36,900 bases of DNA. It comes from Candidatus Binatia bacterium (lineage in GTDB: Bacteria > Desulfobacterota > Binatia > Bin18). Below the pieces are notes generated by a model, which saw nothing but the letters and a program-made list of their open reading frames with translations, did not search any database and was not told the origin of the DNA. Within the stretch, counting starts at the first letter, position 1. Each line of letters starts with the position of its first letter. The stretch lies in the NCBI GenBank assembly GCA_050185455.1, contig JBFWZL010000001.1:1-36900 (forward strand), given 5' to 3'. Below are positions 33,749 through 36,900 of the stretch, piece after piece. A program made the translations under genes and the position numbers.

Positions 33749-34981
33749 ATGACACAAAAACCACTGTCGGGAGTCGTCGTGTTAGATTTGACCCGCTACC
33801 TGGCGGGACCATACTGCACCCTGCTTTTGGGCGGGCTGGGCGCTGAAGTGATAAAGATTGAGCCGCCGGGCAAAGGCGACCTGCATCGCCAGTTTCCCCC
33901 CTTTGGCGGTCCCCAGGGCGCCGCCTATCAACGGCAGACGGCGGACGATATGGGCGTGACCCTGTTGCATCGGGCACGTAACAAAAAGAGTATTACCCTC
34001 GATTTGTATCACCCGGAAGGCCGCGAGTTGTTCAAGGCGCTATGCCAGAAAGCGGACGTGGTGGTGGAGAATTACTCCCCCGGCGTGATGGACGAGATGG
34101 GCGTGAGCTACGCGGTGTTGAAAGAGTTGAATCCTGCCCTGATCCTGTGCTCGATTTCGGGGTTCGGTCAGACAGGACCACTGCGAGAATGGCGGGCGTA
34201 CGATCCGGTCATCCAATCCATGAGCGGCATTGCCAGCGTAACCGGTTTTCCTGATCATCCGCCAGTGCGCTGTGGCGCGGCGATCAGCGACACGGTAGCG
34301 CCGCTGTTTGCCGTGATCGGCATTCTGGCGGCGTTACGCCGCCGCGAGCAGGGCGGGACGGGGGAGTGGGTAGACGTGGCCATGCTGGACACCTCCTTCT
34401 TTTTATTGCCGGAGCTTTTGGAATATCTTAATGGTGGTCAGGAGCCGCGGCGGCGCGGCAACTCTCACGCTGCTGGGACACCGCTCAACACCTATCCGAC
34501 GCGCGACGGGTTTGTGACGATCGCCGTGGCGACGGATAAGAATTGGCACTGTTTGTTAGCCACGCTGGAACGAGAAGACCTTAAGACCGATGCGCGCTTT
34601 GCCACGCCCCTGTCGCGCCGTGAGCATATTCAGGTGATCGACGAGATGGTGGCCGCGTGGTTACAAGACCGGACGACGGCGGAGGCGGTCGCCGTCTTAC
34701 AGCGACACGACGTACCCGCTGGTCCTGTCCAGACGCTGCCCGAACTGCTCCACCATCCACAATTGCAAGCGCGCCAGATGGTAATTGACCTGGAGCACCC
34801 TACGACCGGTCCGATCCCGGGAGCGAAGGGCTTTGGCATGCCGATCCGTTTTGTTGACCATCCGGTGCAGTTCGACCAACCGGGGCCGCTCCTTGGTGCG
34901 CATAACGAGGAAATCTATCAGAACGTGCTTGGCGTCAGCGATGCCGCCCTAGCGGAGCTGCGGACAAAAGGCGTGATCTAA
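33749..34981 (+). CDS. family III CoA-transferase (CaiB/BaiF-type)
   Basis: 'LSGVVVLDLTRYLAGPYCTLLLGGLGAEVIKIEPPGKGD' is the canonical N-terminal motif, and 'SISGFGQTGP' is also present. ATG 33749 follows GAGGGAG. The upstream GTG at 33713 is less likely. Confidence 0.88.
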   Translation: MTQKPLSGVVVLDLTRYLAGPYCTLLLGGLGAEVIKIEPPGKGDLHRQFPPFGGPQGAAYQRQTADDMGVTLLHRARNKKSITLDLYHPEGRELFKALCQKADVVVENYSPGVMDEMGVSYAVLKELNPALILCSISGFGQTGPLREWRAYDPVIQSMSGIASVTGFPDHPPVRCGAAISDTVAPLFAVIGILAALRRREQGGTGEWVDVAMLDTSFFLLPELLEYLNGGQEPRRRGNSHAAGTPLNTYPTRDGFVTIAVATDKNWHCLLATLEREDLKTDARFATPLSRREHIQVIDEMVAAWLQDRTTAEAVAVLQRHDVPAGPVQTLPELLHHPQLQARQMVIDLEHPTTGPIPGAKGFGMPIRFVDHPVQFDQPGPLLGAHNEEIYQNVLGVSDAALAELRTKGVI

Positions 34982-34989
34982 GAGGCGAT

Positions 34990-36549
34990 ATGAGCTGGCA
35001 AGCGGAAGTCGAAGAGCTGCAACGGCGACGCGATCTGGCGCGCGAGCTGGGCGGAGCCGAACGCGTCCAGCGTCAGCATGACGACGGCAAACTGACGATC
35101 CGGGAACGGATCGACCGCCTCGTTGATCCCAACTCCTTTCACGAGGTTGGTCAATTAGCCGGGGCGGCGACCTACGAAAATGGCGAACTCCGACAATTTA
35201 TCCCTGCTCCCTATGTCATGGGATTGGCAAAGATCGACGGGCGGTTTGTCGCCGTAGGGGGAGAGGATTTTACCGTCCGTGGCGGATCGAGTGCTGGACT
35301 GGATCGTCGCAAAGGCGGCCAGGGCGGCTTTAGTGAGGACTTGGCTTACGAGTACCGCATCCCGCTGATCAATCTCTGCGACGGTGCCGGGGGAACGGTG
35401 ACGTCAAAGGCGCGCGGTCATGCGCGGCTGCCGGGGGTGGACTCGTTTGAGCGCTGCGTCCAGTTGCTAGAGCGCGGCCCGGTAGTGGGCGCGGTCGTGG
35501 GCTCGTGCGCGGGCGGACCGGCCGCGCGGGCGGTACTCTCTCATTGGTCAGTCATGGTTGATCGCACCGGCCACATCTTCGCTGCCGGGCCAGCGGTGGT
35601 GGAACGAGCGTTGAGTCAGCAGGTGAGCAAAGAGGAACTGGGCGGGGTCGAAGTGGCGGTGGATACCGGCGGCTGTATTCACAACCGGGCAGCCGATGAA
35701 GCCGAGTGTTTTGCCCTGATTCGTCGCTACCTCAGCTACATGCCACAAAACGTGTGGGAATTGCCTCCCCGTGTGCCCAGTAACGATGCGCCGGACCGTC
35801 AGGAAGAAGCTTTGCTGTCGATCGTCCCGCGCAACCGTCGCCGGGCGTATGACATGCGGCGGGTGATCCAACTGATTGTGGACCGGGACTCCTGCTTCGA
35901 GATTCAGCCCACGCACGGCCAGACCGTCATCACCTGCCTGGCTCGTCTGCACGGATATGTGGTCGGCGTCATTGCCAACAACCCGATGGTATGTGGCGGC
36001 GCACTGGATGCCGCGGGCGCGCGGAAACAGGAACACTTTGTCGAGGTCTGTGACACGTTTCACATCCCGCTCCTCTTTCTGGTCGATACCCCCGGCTTCA
36101 TGGTCGGACGCGAGGCGGAGCAGGCGGGAACCCTGCGTGCCGGTATGCGGGCATTGTATGTCGTGCAGCAAGCGACCGTGCCCAAGCTCAGCGTGATTAT
36201 TCGCAAGTGCTACGGCATGGGCGGTGGGCTCCCCACCTCGACCGATACGCTGAAACTCAGGCTGGGGTGGCCATCCGCCGAGTGGGGGTCACTGCCCATC
36301 GAGGGAGGCGTGGCGGTTGCCTACCGGCGGGAAATCGCCACGGCGGCGGACCCGGCCAAGCGGCAACAGGAGATCGAAGAGGAACTGCGCGCCCTTAACT
36401 CACCCCTCCGCACGGCAGAAGCTTTTGGCGTGGAAGACATTATTGATCCGCGCGAGACGCGGCCACTGCTATGTCGATTTATCGAAGCGGCGCAGTCAGC
36501 GCTGCGCGGCGGATTGGGGCCGAAACGGAAAGCCGGGGTGCGACCGTGA
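34990..36549 (+). CDS. acyl-CoA carboxylase carboxyltransferase subunit (PccB/AccD5/GcdA-like)
   Basis: 519 aa. 'GKLTIRERIDRLVDPNSFHEVG', 'GGEDFTVRGGS', 'PLLFLVDTPGFMVG' and 'RKCYGMGG' are carboxyl_trans-domain motifs. Confidence 0.88.
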   Translation: MSWQAEVEELQRRRDLARELGGAERVQRQHDDGKLTIRERIDRLVDPNSFHEVGQLAGAATYENGELRQFIPAPYVMGLAKIDGRFVAVGGEDFTVRGGSSAGLDRRKGGQGGFSEDLAYEYRIPLINLCDGAGGTVTSKARGHARLPGVDSFERCVQLLERGPVVGAVVGSCAGGPAARAVLSHWSVMVDRTGHIFAAGPAVVERALSQQVSKEELGGVEVAVDTGGCIHNRAADEAECFALIRRYLSYMPQNVWELPPRVPSNDAPDRQEEALLSIVPRNRRRAYDMRRVIQLIVDRDSCFEIQPTHGQTVITCLARLHGYVVGVIANNPMVCGGALDAAGARKQEHFVEVCDTFHIPLLFLVDTPGFMVGREAEQAGTLRAGMRALYVVQQATVPKLSVIIRKCYGMGGGLPTSTDTLKLRLGWPSAEWGSLPIEGGVAVAYRREIATAADPAKRQQEIEEELRALNSPLRTAEAFGVEDIIDPRETRPLLCRFIEAAQSALRGGLGPKRKAGVRP

Positions 36550-36620
36550 CGTACCGAGGTGCGGCGGACTTGTCATGAGAAGGGCGCCACGAACATATAA
36601 GGCAGAAGGGAGGAACACCA

Positions 36621-36900
36621 ATGATTATTGATTTTCGCGTGCGGCCGCCGGTCAAGTCGTTTCTCAGGTTGAGTATTTACACGCAGATCGAGTGGGTGGA
36701 GAACCTGGTTGCCGCGCCGTTGTTCGGTTCCCTGGCGCCATCAGCCAAAGAGCGTTCGCTGCCCAAGTTGCTCGCTGAACTGCAAGAGTGCGATGTCACA
36801 CACGGCGTGGTCTGGGGCCGGACCGTGCCTGACCCGCAGGAGAGCACGACAAATGAGGACATCGCGGCGATTGTCGCCGAGCACAAGGGACTGTTCTCCG
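36621..36900 (+). CDS. amidohydrolase-family protein, N-terminal part (continues beyond the window)
   Basis: ATG 36621 follows GGGAGGA. The frame is open to the window edge (MIIDFRVRPPVKSFL...VTHGVVWGR...). 'IIDFRVRPP' resembles the start of TIM-barrel amidohydrolases. It is absent from the ORF track because it has no stop. Confidence 0.5.
   Translation, partial: MIIDFRVRPPVKSFLRLSIYTQIEWVENLVAAPLFGSLAPSAKERSLPKLLAELQECDVTHGVVWGRTVPDPQESTTNEDIAAIVAEHKGLFS

Overview
This window is a GC-rich, coding-dense stretch from a diderm bacterium. An outer-membrane beta-barrel gene ending in the typical terminal Phe is present. Every credible gene, about 27 CDS plus relics, is on the + strand. I saw no rRNA, tRNA, CRISPR, transposase or integrase. 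All family calls rest on motif recognition by eye, with no database or HMM search.

**Catabolic gene families.** The content is catabolic and highly paralogous.
- There are five amidohydrolase-2 genes, one carrying an in-frame TAA stop.
- There are four luciferase-like (LLM) flavin monooxygenases, two of them NtaA/DszA-type, plus an SsuE-like FMN reductase.
- Single genes encode an acyl-CoA dehydrogenase, an alpha/beta hydrolase, a VOC protein and a SnoaL-like protein.
- The 3' end carries a family III CoA-transferase and a carboxyltransferase.
- A DUF1329/DUF1302 outer-membrane pair is present, plus a second, orphan DUF1329.

**Sulfur block (about 18.8-30.6 kb).** This is the most interesting part. 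It contains:
- a signal-less sulfite-oxidase-fold molybdoenzyme;
- an uncharacterised protein with a ferritin-like diiron ligand pattern, which has a paralog at 13.4 kb;
- a four-domain rhodanese;
- a PAS/sigma-54 activator;
- a fused 4-cluster ferredoxin/NrfD membrane protein;
- a Tat-less bis-MGD molybdopterin oxidoreductase, an arrangement resembling SoeABC;
- a SulP/STAS permease.

A good sigma-54 promoter with an upstream inverted repeat precedes the second NtaA-like monooxygenase. That gene is followed by a second, paralogous activator. A related motif set lies upstream of the FMN-reductase operon.

**Non-coding oddities.**
- A roughly 190-bp array holds six degenerate 28-nt units, three direct and three inverted.
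- A hairpin/RBS element is duplicated.
- Several short gene relics are present.
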